The position numbers and the translations under genes were made by a program. DNA of 64,000 bases, from contig JAVBMC010000027.1 in assembly GCA_031552845.1 (NCBI GenBank), forward strand, positions 6,073 to 70,072. Direction: 5' to 3'. Every line of letters starts with the position of its first letter. Position 1 is the stretch's first letter. Under the pieces are notes generated by a model. That model did not search any database, was not told where the DNA came from, and saw only the letters and a list, made by a program, of their open reading frames with translations. Origin of the DNA: Kiritimatiellia bacterium. GTDB taxonomy: Bacteria > Verrucomicrobiota > Kiritimatiellia > RFP12 > DVOR01. Positions 29,501 to 37,119 of the stretch are shown here, piece by piece.

Positions 29501-29600
29501 GCAGCGATTTCACTCCGAAAAATGCGGCGAATAAACCGATAACTGTCGGCAGGAGCATCGCCAATGGATGCGCCATGAGGAACTCGAATAACCGGCGCAT
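26571..29600 (-). CDS. RND heavy-metal efflux pump (CzcA/CusA-like, HME family)
   Basis: 1009 aa with 12 TM helices and the RND architecture. The N-terminus MRRLFEFLMAHPLAMLLPTVIGLFAAFFGVKSLPVDVFPELKVPRVTIQ is typical of CzcA/CusA. Confidence 0.85.
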   Translation of the reverse strand: MRRLFEFLMAHPLAMLLPTVIGLFAAFFGVKSLPVDVFPELKVPRVTIQVEAAGLTAEEVEQRVTIPLESVVNGLPGVTMLRSSSGAGLSFVWADFDWGTDVYRARQMVSERIAGMDCELAPIVSVTGEIMLIALTGDEAASPLEMRRVAEYELRPRLMSVPGIGQVVVMGGELPEYQINVSLPKLSFLNLTLDDVARAVEDAQNIQTAGYLADVRGQELPIRQLARITSLEDLRMTPLRANLSLAEAADVKIGGAPRRGSAAFNGQPCVLLAVQKVPGGNTLQLTEQVDRVLENFRKANLPAGMTLSGEAYRQADFISLSIQNGAEIIGEAALIVLIVLFIIVGCPRATLVTLTALPLSIALALAFFKQFGIGLNIMTLGGLAVAVGDVTDNAVIFVEAAWRKLAGVERPQRRKVMVEVAQEVFNPAGFSTLIILLVFVPLLLMTGIEGQFFQPLAISYSLAMLASLFVAFTVVPVLCLFFFKSAKERKLTFASRLIHRIYDPLLNFCLRFPRLICSFAVLVTAGAVWLACTFGTSFLPPFQEDCLNVFVSTIPGTSLDETERVSEGIMNALREIDGVKSVARRTGRAERDEHAEPVSASEFLVRVDLTKDQRQLRNEVNRIIHSLPGVSGMIGYPIAHRISSVLSGTAAEVTVNIFGNDLPILREAARQASIILAQMKTVSDVRANREILVDSACIRYRREDLLRFGLSQDEVASIVATAVNGRTLGEVVENQSRWDIVLRAKAEERDTPETLSKLMILAADGRRFTLDELADVYREETANLIVRDNGMRKALISCNASPDANIGAMVEELQEKLEPVIHKLGCTVTYGGTYAARVSARKQLMQLGGVILVVIVCLLTTAAGSFKRALLVLVNLPLAVIGGVAAVWLFSQTAQPILSVASLAGFVTLAGFAIRNGLLLLNRSSALEEEGVELRESLRLGAKERVLPILMTSLTTILGLLPIVFAVDQPGGELLAPLAIVQFGGLISATLLNLLILPAAAYATTRKRK

Positions 29601-30754
29601 TAGTGGGCTCCTTCATGATAGACGCCATCCGCGTGAAAGTGTCCGGCTTTCTTGGGCTTCTCGCCGTTGCCTTGTGCAGCGGGGAAGCCGTTTTTGAGTT
29701 CATAGACGCCGTCCACGACCACGAGCTCGCCGGCCTTGAGGCCTTTGACGCTGCTGAAACCGTCTTTCGTGAAACGTACCTCAAGCACCCGCCGCGAGAA
29801 CTGCTCCGAGCCGGCAGCGGCCTGCACGAACACAGTGGGGGTGACGCCCTCGAGGAACCATGCCCGGCGCGGGATGACAATGTCGGTACCGCTCTGGCGT
29901 TCGACTGTCATGACGGCGGACTCGCCCGCTTGCGCACCGGCAGCGGCCTGTTCCGAGACGATGGCATACAAGCGGCTCATGCGGGTGGCGGGATCGATGA
30001 CTTCATCACGCAGCAGTTTGAGGTTAGCGATGGTGGCACCGTTCTTACGCGTGAGCGTGACGGGCATGCCGGAACGCAATCCTTCCGTCTGCGCGGCGGT
30101 GGCGTAGGCGGTGAAGAAGAGGTCGTTCTTGACTTTGAGGTGGATGACTTCCAACCCTTGCTCGCACCACTGCCCTTCGGCAATTGATGCGAAGCGGGCG
30201 GTACCGTCATGCGGTGCCATCATCGTCAATGTCATGCTGTCGATGCTACCATGCTGGGTCATAAAGCTCATCTGTGCGAGGGCTTTCTCGTTGGTAATCT
30301 CGGCAAGGCGCTCGGCACTCTGTGCTTGCAGATAGAGCGTTTCGAGTTCAGCATTGCGGACGCCGGCAGCGGTGTGCGCTTCGACGCGCCGCTTGAGATC
30401 CGCCGTCGCGGCGCGGCGTGCCACTAATTCGGATTCCGACTCTTGCCGCGTGCGCATCAGCACGGCGATTTCGGGCGACTCAAGCGTATAGAGCGGCTCG
30501 CCGGCTTTGACACGTTGGAGCGGTTTGATGAGCAAGCGGATACGTCCGGCAACCGGTGTGTTGAGGCACAGCTCGGAATCAGGCGCGAATGAAAACATAC
30601 CCGGCAGGCTGACGGTGTCAGCGAGCTGGGTAACCCGTGCCGGAGACACGCTCAGGCCGAGCAGCTTTTGTGATGCAGCGGGGACTTTAACTTCCTCAGC
30701 GGCACAGACGGCGACGCCCACAAGGCAACAGATGAGTGATGCAAATGATTTCAT
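29600..30754 (-). CDS. RND efflux periplasmic adaptor (membrane fusion protein, CzcB/CusB-like)
   Basis: The ORF track is over-extended to 30958 through an Arg-rich leader. The real start is the ATG at 30754 (MKSFASLICCLVGVAVCAAE signal), which has a GGAG RBS. It has the biotinyl/lipoyl-like and beta-barrel adaptor regions. Its stop abuts the pump start. Confidence 0.8.
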   Translation of the reverse strand: MKSFASLICCLVGVAVCAAEEVKVPAASQKLLGLSVSPARVTQLADTVSLPGMFSFAPDSELCLNTPVAGRIRLLIKPLQRVKAGEPLYTLESPEIAVLMRTRQESESELVARRAATADLKRRVEAHTAAGVRNAELETLYLQAQSAERLAEITNEKALAQMSFMTQHGSIDSMTLTMMAPHDGTARFASIAEGQWCEQGLEVIHLKVKNDLFFTAYATAAQTEGLRSGMPVTLTRKNGATIANLKLLRDEVIDPATRMSRLYAIVSEQAAAGAQAGESAVMTVERQSGTDIVIPRRAWFLEGVTPTVFVQAAAGSEQFSRRVLEVRFTKDGFSSVKGLKAGELVVVDGVYELKNGFPAAQGNGEKPKKAGHFHADGVYHEGAH

Positions 30755-30767
30755 TGGGAGCGCTCCT

Positions 30768-31010
30768 CTAGTTCTGCAAGCTGCGCAGGTGTTTGAACGA
30801 ATGCCGCATCTTGGCGGTAGGCTTGATGTGCCGCTCGGAGGCAGGCACGCCGGAGTACCACTTTCGGGTCTGCTCGACAGGAGCAGCCTCTTGCACGGCA
30901 ACAGGCGCCGGCTCTTGTTTGACCGGGACTTGCGGCGCGGCGGACGTTTCAGCCGCACGGATTGTTAGAGAGAATACACAACATGACAACAGGATTAAAA
31001 AGATTTTCAT
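30768..31010 (-). CDS. Small secreted protein in the CusF position of the efflux operon
   Basis: 80 aa with signal peptide MKIFLILLSCCVFSLTIRA. The mature part is Pro/Ala/Val/Gln-rich followed by a W/H/M-containing basic tail. It is translationally coupled (ATGA overlap) to the upstream OMF gene and lies 13 nt before the MFP gene. Confidence 0.45.
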   Translation of the reverse strand: MKIFLILLSCCVFSLTIRAAETSAAPQVPVKQEPAPVAVQEAAPVEQTRKWYSGVPASERHIKPTAKMRHSFKHLRSLQN

Positions 31011-32257
31011 TGAGGAACCTCGTTTAAGTAGGATAACTGCGCATAAGTCTGAAGAAGCGCCGCATGCGCACGGCGGTATTTGCGCCCGGCTTGGGCGGCA
31101 GCGTTTTCGGCATCGGTTAATGCCGTGAGGGAAATCTCGCCTGCTGAGGCGAGCTTACGTGCGGAATCGGCGGCAACATCCTTTTCGTGGGAGATGCCTT
31201 CAAGGCGCGTCAGGTTCTCGCGCTGGAGTTTGTAGCGGCGCATCTGCGCTTCGGCATCCAGCAACAGCTCCAAATAGAGCGTGCGGGTGTCGTCATACGC
31301 CAACGCATGGGACATGCGCGCTTCGGCAATGCCGAGGCGGTTGCGGTTCCATAACGGCAGCGTCATCGCAAACATCGCACCAGGCCGCCAGCCGCCATCT
31401 TCATGATCGATATACGGACCGATCTTAATGTCGGGATATTGGCGGCGCAGTTCGGCGCGCAGTTTCGCCTCGCTCTCACGATAGGTAGCCAGACGTGCTT
31501 TGACGGCGGTGTGCTGGAAGAGCTGTTCCGGCATGATCGCCGGGAGCTTCTCAAACGTACCCAACGCGGCCTCAACCGTCAGCGGCGTACCGGGCGTCAA
31601 CCCAAGCAGCTTGATGAGCTGGGCCTGCGCTTCGGCATACGCCTCGGCATCTTCGGCCTGTTGGTCGATCGCCGCATAAAGTGCGCTCTGAACAGCCTGC
31701 ACATCCGCCGCACGCATTTCGCCGGTGGTGTACAGATGCTGGGCTTGCTTGGCCAGCGCATCGGTTTGAACGACAAGCGCATCGCTGGATTTCCAGTTCG
31801 CCTCAGTCTCCAGCCATGCCGCCAGCGCTGTCGCCACGCTCACATCCAGCCGCCGCTCCGCATCGCTCACTTGGAAACGCTGCGCCTCGGCATAGAAGTC
31901 TGCGGCCTGACGGTCAAACTCCAACGCACCATTCACAGGAATCGTGAACATCACACCGATGTTCGCAACCCACGGATGTTTCGGGTTATTCAAGATCCGC
32001 GTCAGATTATTCGCAAAATCCGGATCCGGCCACCAGCCCGTCGCATCCGCACGCTTATCCGCATGCAGCGCCTCCAGGCGCACCCGGTTGATGCCCGGAT
32101 TAAAGCAACGCGCAACCAACTGCGCATCACTCACAGATTTAATCTCCACCGACTCCCCCGGCGGAAAACTCTCGGGCGACAACTCCGGCAAAGGCTGATA
32201 ACTCTGACACCCCGCCAACAACAACGCCATAACAAATGGCTTTGCTAGAAACTTCAT
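31007..32257 (-). CDS. Outer-membrane efflux factor (TolC/CzcC/CusC-like lipoprotein)
   Basis: 416 aa with a lipoprotein signal (MKFLAKPFVMALLLAGCQSY) and two repeated coiled-coil/beta-barrel halves typical of OMF proteins. First gene of the efflux operon. Confidence 0.8.
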   Translation of the reverse strand: MKFLAKPFVMALLLAGCQSYQPLPELSPESFPPGESVEIKSVSDAQLVARCFNPGINRVRLEALHADKRADATGWWPDPDFANNLTRILNNPKHPWVANIGVMFTIPVNGALEFDRQAADFYAEAQRFQVSDAERRLDVSVATALAAWLETEANWKSSDALVVQTDALAKQAQHLYTTGEMRAADVQAVQSALYAAIDQQAEDAEAYAEAQAQLIKLLGLTPGTPLTVEAALGTFEKLPAIMPEQLFQHTAVKARLATYRESEAKLRAELRRQYPDIKIGPYIDHEDGGWRPGAMFAMTLPLWNRNRLGIAEARMSHALAYDDTRTLYLELLLDAEAQMRRYKLQRENLTRLEGISHEKDVAADSARKLASAGEISLTALTDAENAAAQAGRKYRRAHAALLQTYAQLSYLNEVPQ

Positions 32258-32311
32258 GCAACCTCCATTAGATGATTCAATTCACAACACGCACAAATTA
32301 ACCGTGCCGAA

Positions 32312-32665
32312 TCAACATCGTAAAGGAAAGCTCACACAAACAGAAGGACGACAGCACGGAACCGCGGAAACCCACCGCGTCTGCAACGGCGCAACCCCAC
32401 AATTCCAACTCGTGACCGCCGGCAGCGCAGGCAAATCATCCGCTGCCACCGACGTACGTACATATAAATCCGCCTCAGACGCGTGCTCCGACAACGAACA
32501 CGGCACCGCGCTCGCCTTCTCATGACCATGACACCCATGCCCGCACTGCGCCGCCAAAGTCTCCACCGTCTGCACCAAATGCAAACACCGCGCCCCCTGC
32601 GCCGCGACCAAAGCCGGCAACAGAAGCACCAACAAGATGCCCCTCAACCAAACCCACCGGTCCAT
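32312..32665 (-). CDS. Possible small Cys/His-rich periplasmic protein upstream of the efflux operon (CzcI-like position); may be spurious
   Basis: Internal ATG at 32665 (MDRWVWLRGILLVLLLPALVAAQG signal), then CGHGCHGHE and several Cys. The coding strand here is G/T-skewed, so a spurious ORF cannot be excluded. Confidence 0.3.
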   Translation of the reverse strand: MDRWVWLRGILLVLLLPALVAAQGARCLHLVQTVETLAAQCGHGCHGHEKASAVPCSLSEHASEADLYVRTSVAADDLPALPAVTSWNCGVAPLQTRWVSAVPCCRPSVCVSFPLRC

Positions 32666-33025
32666 TCGTTTGCCCGCTGTCATACCCCAACATTTTACCA
32701 CACCCCGCCCCCCCGAAGCAAGGCAAACCGCACCACACCCACCAAAACGCAACGGCCCACCCCGCCGCTACCCCCTCAAACCACTCCACATTGTAACCCA
32801 CTGCGCCACCTTTGGCAAGCACAAAATAAACACCTCTCCCCCCACCGCCCCCATCCCAAACCCCATGGCACACCCACCCAAAAACCACCCCCAAAACCAC
32901 ACTCGCCCCAAGTGGGGAACAAAACCCTCCAACATCCACAAACACACTCCAATCCCTGCCAAACCACTCCATCAAGCACGCCTATTCCAGGAAACTCAAT
33001 CAAACCACGATTTTACTCGTACCCA

Positions 33026-33118
33026 GAGGTCACCTAACCTCGTACTCCAAGGTCAGACGACCTCATACTCTGAGGTCAAGTGACCTCGTACCTTGAGGTC
33101 AGGCGTGATGCGGGTACG
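33026..33118. repeat. Four tandem units, period 23 bp (GAGGTCA...GACCTCGTACTY), each holding a GGTCA/TGACC palindrome. Unit 3 is the perfect palindrome GAGGTCAAGTGACCTC.
   Basis: GAGGTC starts at 33026, 33049, 33072 and 33095. It lies 250-330 bp upstream of the beta-helix gene at 33363, after a ~330-nt tract almost free of G and T. Confidence 0.6.
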
Positions 33119-33276
33119 AAACAAGGCGACCTCCGCATCCAAATTGCCGCAAAAATATTTCACAATACCCCTCCAATTGCCCCTCCCTCCCCGCCATTTT
33201 TTAAAAAGACGCACGCACCACACCCAAACTCCACACAATCAATCCATTCTCTCCGTAATTAAAAACTAGGCAGACA

Positions 33277-33312
33277 AATCTGATTGCAAGCACCGTGCAA
33301 ATTGTGCTATAG
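33277..33312 (+). promoter_or_regulatory. Candidate sigma70-type promoter: TTGCAA, 18-nt spacer, TATAGT
   Basis: The sequence TTGCAAGCACCGTGCAAATTGTGCTATAGT lies about 55 nt upstream of the 33363 start. The spacer contains the GCAC..GTGC inverted repeat. Confidence 0.45.
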
Positions 33313-33362
33313 TGTAAACAGTTTGCTGAGAACTTGGTTGTACACGAATGAGGAGAACCCTG

Positions 33363-35312
33363 ATGAAATACCGCCTGACCGGCATTGGCGCAATCGCCCT
33401 TTGCTTCACCTGCCATGCAGTCAACACCACTTGGATCAACGACTGGGATACCACCGGCATCCTCCAAGACGACGCCAATTGGCGCCCCGCCTCAGCTCCC
33501 ACAGACATTGACAATGTTTGGTTCACCAACGGCACCTTTACCGTCGGCGCGGCGGGCGACTTCGTCAACAACCAAATCACCGTCCAAGACAGCGACACCA
33601 CGTGGGACTTAGGAGACTATACCTATTCTACTCTTACCAACCTTCTCCTGCGCGGCAGCCGGACTGACGGCATGGGCGGCTTCCGCCTGCTTGGTGGTAC
33701 TGTTGACGTCAACGGCCAACTGCTCATCGGAGGATTACACGTCGAGGCCAACAGCCTCTCCTCCATCAGCAATGCCCTCTTACGTACCCACGGCACCAGC
33801 CAAGTCGGCCGTAGCGGCAACAACACACTCATCATCGGAGCCGGAGCCGAATGGGACTCCTGGGATCAAATCTCCATTGGCGAAAGCGATAACCAAACCA
33901 ACAACCTCCTCATCGTCAGCGGTCCCGGTGCTCTCATCAACATGACCACCAATATTAATACACGCTTCTACGTTGGTAACGCTGCCGGCAAAAATAAAAT
34001 GATCGTCGAAGACGGTGCCAGTGTTATCATGGACAGCCTTGGCGGGGGTACTCCGAGTTATATCTTCGGTCTCGGCAACGGTGCCAACTCCCATGAGAAC
34101 GAGCTCATCATCCGTGGCTCCGATACCTACGTCCAACTCAGCAATCTGCGCATCGGCTCAGCCGCACGTTCGCGTTCCAACTGCGTCACCGTTACAGACG
34201 GTGCCCTGCTCGCCGTCACAAACAACCTGCAAATCAGCGCGCACGCACTTTGCTATGCTAACGAGCTAGTGATTGAGAACGGCGCCACATTCACCCATAC
34301 CAATCGGGCGGGCATGAATATGAATTCCGGAAGCGGAGCCTGCAAAGTTATTGTCCGTGGCGACAACAGTCAAGCTTATGTCTGGGGCTTCACCATCCAA
34401 GGCAACTCCAACGAACTCATCGTCTGCGATGGCGCCTACATGTTCGCCACCAACAACCTCCAACTCGGCGCCCTTGGCGGAAATACCGAGAACCACCTGA
34501 CGCTTTCCGGCAGCTCCACGCTTGAATTGACAGAAACCTTCAACATCGGCCCCTATGGATTCGGCAATCGTGTTGAAGTGCTTGACGGCTCAACACTCCG
34601 AGCATCATCCTATGTCGATGTCGGCTCTTTTAACACTGCAACCGGCAGCGTTCTTTGGGTCGCAGGCGAAGGCACCGTCGCCACCGGTATGTATCTACGT
34701 GTTGGCGGTGATGGCACTCTTTGCAAAACGGTAGTCTCTAACAACGCCGTCATGTACGCACGCCAACTCAACATTGGCTCTAAAATCGGTGTCAGCAACC
34801 TGCTCGACGTCGTCGATGGCGGCACATTCACCGTAACCAGCGACACCTTCACCTTCGGCAACACCAGCTCCAACAACATGCTACGCATCTCCAATGGAAG
34901 AGTCAGCATGCCGAGTACAACAGGTAACGGCGTAGAAGTGCGTAATGCCGGCCTCGTCACCATCACCGGCACCAACAGCCTCTTCACCCCACGCCGGATA
35001 TCCTTCCAGCAAAGCTCTACGCTTGAATTCTCGCCCGATGAGAAAGATATTCTCCAAACACCCATACAAGTCAACGGCCCCTGCACATTTGATGATACAA
35101 CCACGCTCAAGATCAGTGAAGCTGAAAAGTATATGCGCGCAGGCGGCGGCACACTCATGCTCCTTACCAATCTCACGCAGAACATCAGCGGCAAGATCAT
35201 GAACTTCGATCTGCCTCCGGGCATGACTCCCGAAGACAACATCATCCAAGGCGACCGCTATATCGCCGTCAAATTCCCTGACCACTCTATCACCATTCTA
35301 CGGTTGTATTAA
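33363..35312 (+). CDS. Secreted beta-helix repeat protein (autotransporter-associated beta-strand-repeat type)
   Basis: The ORF track gives 33348. The ATG at 33363 (MKYRLTGIGAIALCFTCHA signal) has a GAGGAG RBS. The body is N/G/T/S-rich imperfect repeats (GxxxxLxIGxxG, NNLxIS). Confidence 0.6.
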   Translation: MKYRLTGIGAIALCFTCHAVNTTWINDWDTTGILQDDANWRPASAPTDIDNVWFTNGTFTVGAAGDFVNNQITVQDSDTTWDLGDYTYSTLTNLLLRGSRTDGMGGFRLLGGTVDVNGQLLIGGLHVEANSLSSISNALLRTHGTSQVGRSGNNTLIIGAGAEWDSWDQISIGESDNQTNNLLIVSGPGALINMTTNINTRFYVGNAAGKNKMIVEDGASVIMDSLGGGTPSYIFGLGNGANSHENELIIRGSDTYVQLSNLRIGSAARSRSNCVTVTDGALLAVTNNLQISAHALCYANELVIENGATFTHTNRAGMNMNSGSGACKVIVRGDNSQAYVWGFTIQGNSNELIVCDGAYMFATNNLQLGALGGNTENHLTLSGSSTLELTETFNIGPYGFGNRVEVLDGSTLRASSYVDVGSFNTATGSVLWVAGEGTVATGMYLRVGGDGTLCKTVVSNNAVMYARQLNIGSKIGVSNLLDVVDGGTFTVTSDTFTFGNTSSNNMLRISNGRVSMPSTTGNGVEVRNAGLVTITGTNSLFTPRRISFQQSSTLEFSPDEKDILQTPIQVNGPCTFDDTTTLKISEAEKYMRAGGGTLMLLTNLTQNISGKIMNFDLPPGMTPEDNIIQGDRYIAVKFPDHSITILRLY

Positions 35313-35336
35313 TCATAGTTAGACACACAAAAGCAA

Positions 35337-37106
35337 ATGAAAAAACTACTAAGTGCTCTGGCACTATTCGGGGCAGGTTTGTGTTTCGGTGAAGAGGTGG
35401 AGCTGGTTGGAAAGGATGCGCCGTGGAAGGGTTCGCGGGCGACAGCGGAGGTGAACTATGTGGTCTCCAATGACGTCTTGCGGGCGGAGGTGAAGGAACG
35501 GCCGAAGAATTATTGGGGGTCGGTCTTTCATGTGCCGCTGGTGCAGCCGGTTGAGAAAGGCGATTGCATCGTACTGGAGTTTAAGGCGCGGTGCATCTCG
35601 TCCGAGAATGCCGTTAAGAACCGCGGCCGCGTGCGGGCTTGTGTGCAGTATGATGTGGCGCCGCATCCGAAGCTGGTGATGGATTATGTCAACTTCACGG
35701 ACAAGTGGGAGACGTATCGCTTTGGAGCGGTCTCTCAGCATGCCGCGCCGTTGGGCACGGGCAAGATGATTATCTTCGTGGGTGAGCAACGGCAGGTGAT
35801 TGAGTTCAAAGACCTGCGGGCATTCAATTTCGGCAAGGGTGTTCCGGCAAACAAGATTCCGCGTTTGCGGACGGCATATCAGGGGATAGAGCCGAATGCG
35901 CCGTGGCGGCGCGAGGCTGATGCACGGATTGAGAAGTATCGCAAGGGCGACTTGAAGCTGAAGCTCACCGATGCGAAGGGTAAGCCGTTGAGCGATGCCC
36001 GCGTGGAGGTGCAGATGACGCGCCATGCGTTTCCGTTCGGCACTGCGGTTCAAGCGCACTTACTGAATCTTAACAAGCCGGAGCTGCCGGACTGCCCTGC
36101 AGAGGATATCCGCAAATACCGCGATACATTGACGAACTTATTCAACTGCGCCGTGATTGAGAATGCGTTGAAGCCACATCGGTTTAAGGAGGGGTATCCG
36201 CCGGGGAATGTGGATGGGTTGAGGGCGTTGGAGTTTTTGAGGAAGGCGGATATGAAGGTGCGCGGGCATTGCGCAGTCTGGCCGAGTCATCATCATTCGC
36301 CGAAGGAGTGGAATGATTTGTTGAACAAGCCGGAGAAAAAGGCGCAGCTGCGGGAGATGGTTCGCAAGCATGTGGAGTTTGCCCTGCGCACCACAAAGAA
36401 CGATTGCTGGCAGTGGGATGTGATGAATGAACCGTTCCTGCATCATGAGTATATGGACTTCCTCGGAAAGGATGTCATGGTGGAGTGGTTCAAGGCGGCG
36501 CATCAGGCGGCGCCGAATGTGCAGCTGTGCATTAATGACTTCGGCATTGTTGAAGACAAGGCGCACGCAGAGGAGTATGTCAAAACGATCCGCTATCTGT
36601 TAGACAACGGTGCGCCTGTGCAGGCGATCGGCGAGCAGTCGCACTACTATGCAGAGCCGCCGGGGATTGATTTGGTCTTTGCGATGGTTGACCGCTTGTC
36701 GGTCTTCAAGCTGCCGATTATCTGCACCGAGTTCGACATGAACACCGATGACGAGCAAATGCAAGCCGCCTTTACTCGCGATTATTATACAGCACTTTTC
36801 AGCCGCCCCGAGGTGGAAGGGATTTTGATGTGGGGCTTTTGGGCCAAGCGGCATTGGTCGTCCAACGCGGCGGGCTTTACAGCCGATTGGCGGGAGAAGC
36901 CCGCCATGACGGAGTATCGTAATTTGGTGTTTAACAAATGGTGGACGAAGGCCGCGGGCAAAGCCAGCCGTGCAGGTGAGTATCAGGCCAGAGCATTCTA
37001 TGGCGACTACAACATCACGGTGAGCACCGGCAGTAAAACGAAAACGTTCAAGGTGAAGCTCTCACCGAATGACCCGGCACCCAAAACTTTGCAAATGATT
37101 GATTAA
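35337..37106 (+). CDS. Glycoside hydrolase family 10 (endo-beta-1,4-xylanase-like) with an N-terminal carbohydrate-binding module
   Basis: 589 aa with a signal peptide. GH10 catalytic motifs are present: WDVMNEP (acid/base) and ICTEFDM (nucleophile, TE-x-D). The N-terminal ~160 aa is a CBM-like beta-sandwich. Confidence 0.75.
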   Translation: MKKLLSALALFGAGLCFGEEVELVGKDAPWKGSRATAEVNYVVSNDVLRAEVKERPKNYWGSVFHVPLVQPVEKGDCIVLEFKARCISSENAVKNRGRVRACVQYDVAPHPKLVMDYVNFTDKWETYRFGAVSQHAAPLGTGKMIIFVGEQRQVIEFKDLRAFNFGKGVPANKIPRLRTAYQGIEPNAPWRREADARIEKYRKGDLKLKLTDAKGKPLSDARVEVQMTRHAFPFGTAVQAHLLNLNKPELPDCPAEDIRKYRDTLTNLFNCAVIENALKPHRFKEGYPPGNVDGLRALEFLRKADMKVRGHCAVWPSHHHSPKEWNDLLNKPEKKAQLREMVRKHVEFALRTTKNDCWQWDVMNEPFLHHEYMDFLGKDVMVEWFKAAHQAAPNVQLCINDFGIVEDKAHAEEYVKTIRYLLDNGAPVQAIGEQSHYYAEPPGIDLVFAMVDRLSVFKLPIICTEFDMNTDDEQMQAAFTRDYYTALFSRPEVEGILMWGFWAKRHWSSNAAGFTADWREKPAMTEYRNLVFNKWWTKAAGKASRAGEYQARAFYGDYNITVSTGSKTKTFKVKLSPNDPAPKTLQMID

Positions 37107-37119
37107 CCTCGGAGACGAC

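Noticed and set aside
29603-30187. 194-aa + strand ORF antisense to the MFP gene; also the 452-aa extended MFP ORF start at 30958
   Set aside because: Antisense artefact. The N-terminal 68 codons of the extended MFP ORF are Arg/Ser/Pro-rich junk upstream of a proper RBS and signal-peptide start at 30754.
32483-33083. Pro/Thr/His-rich ORFs (184 aa, 148 aa) in the C/A-rich tract
   Set aside because: Products of extreme base-composition bias (no G or T on the strand). No RBS, no start context, and overlapping alternative frames that are equally open.
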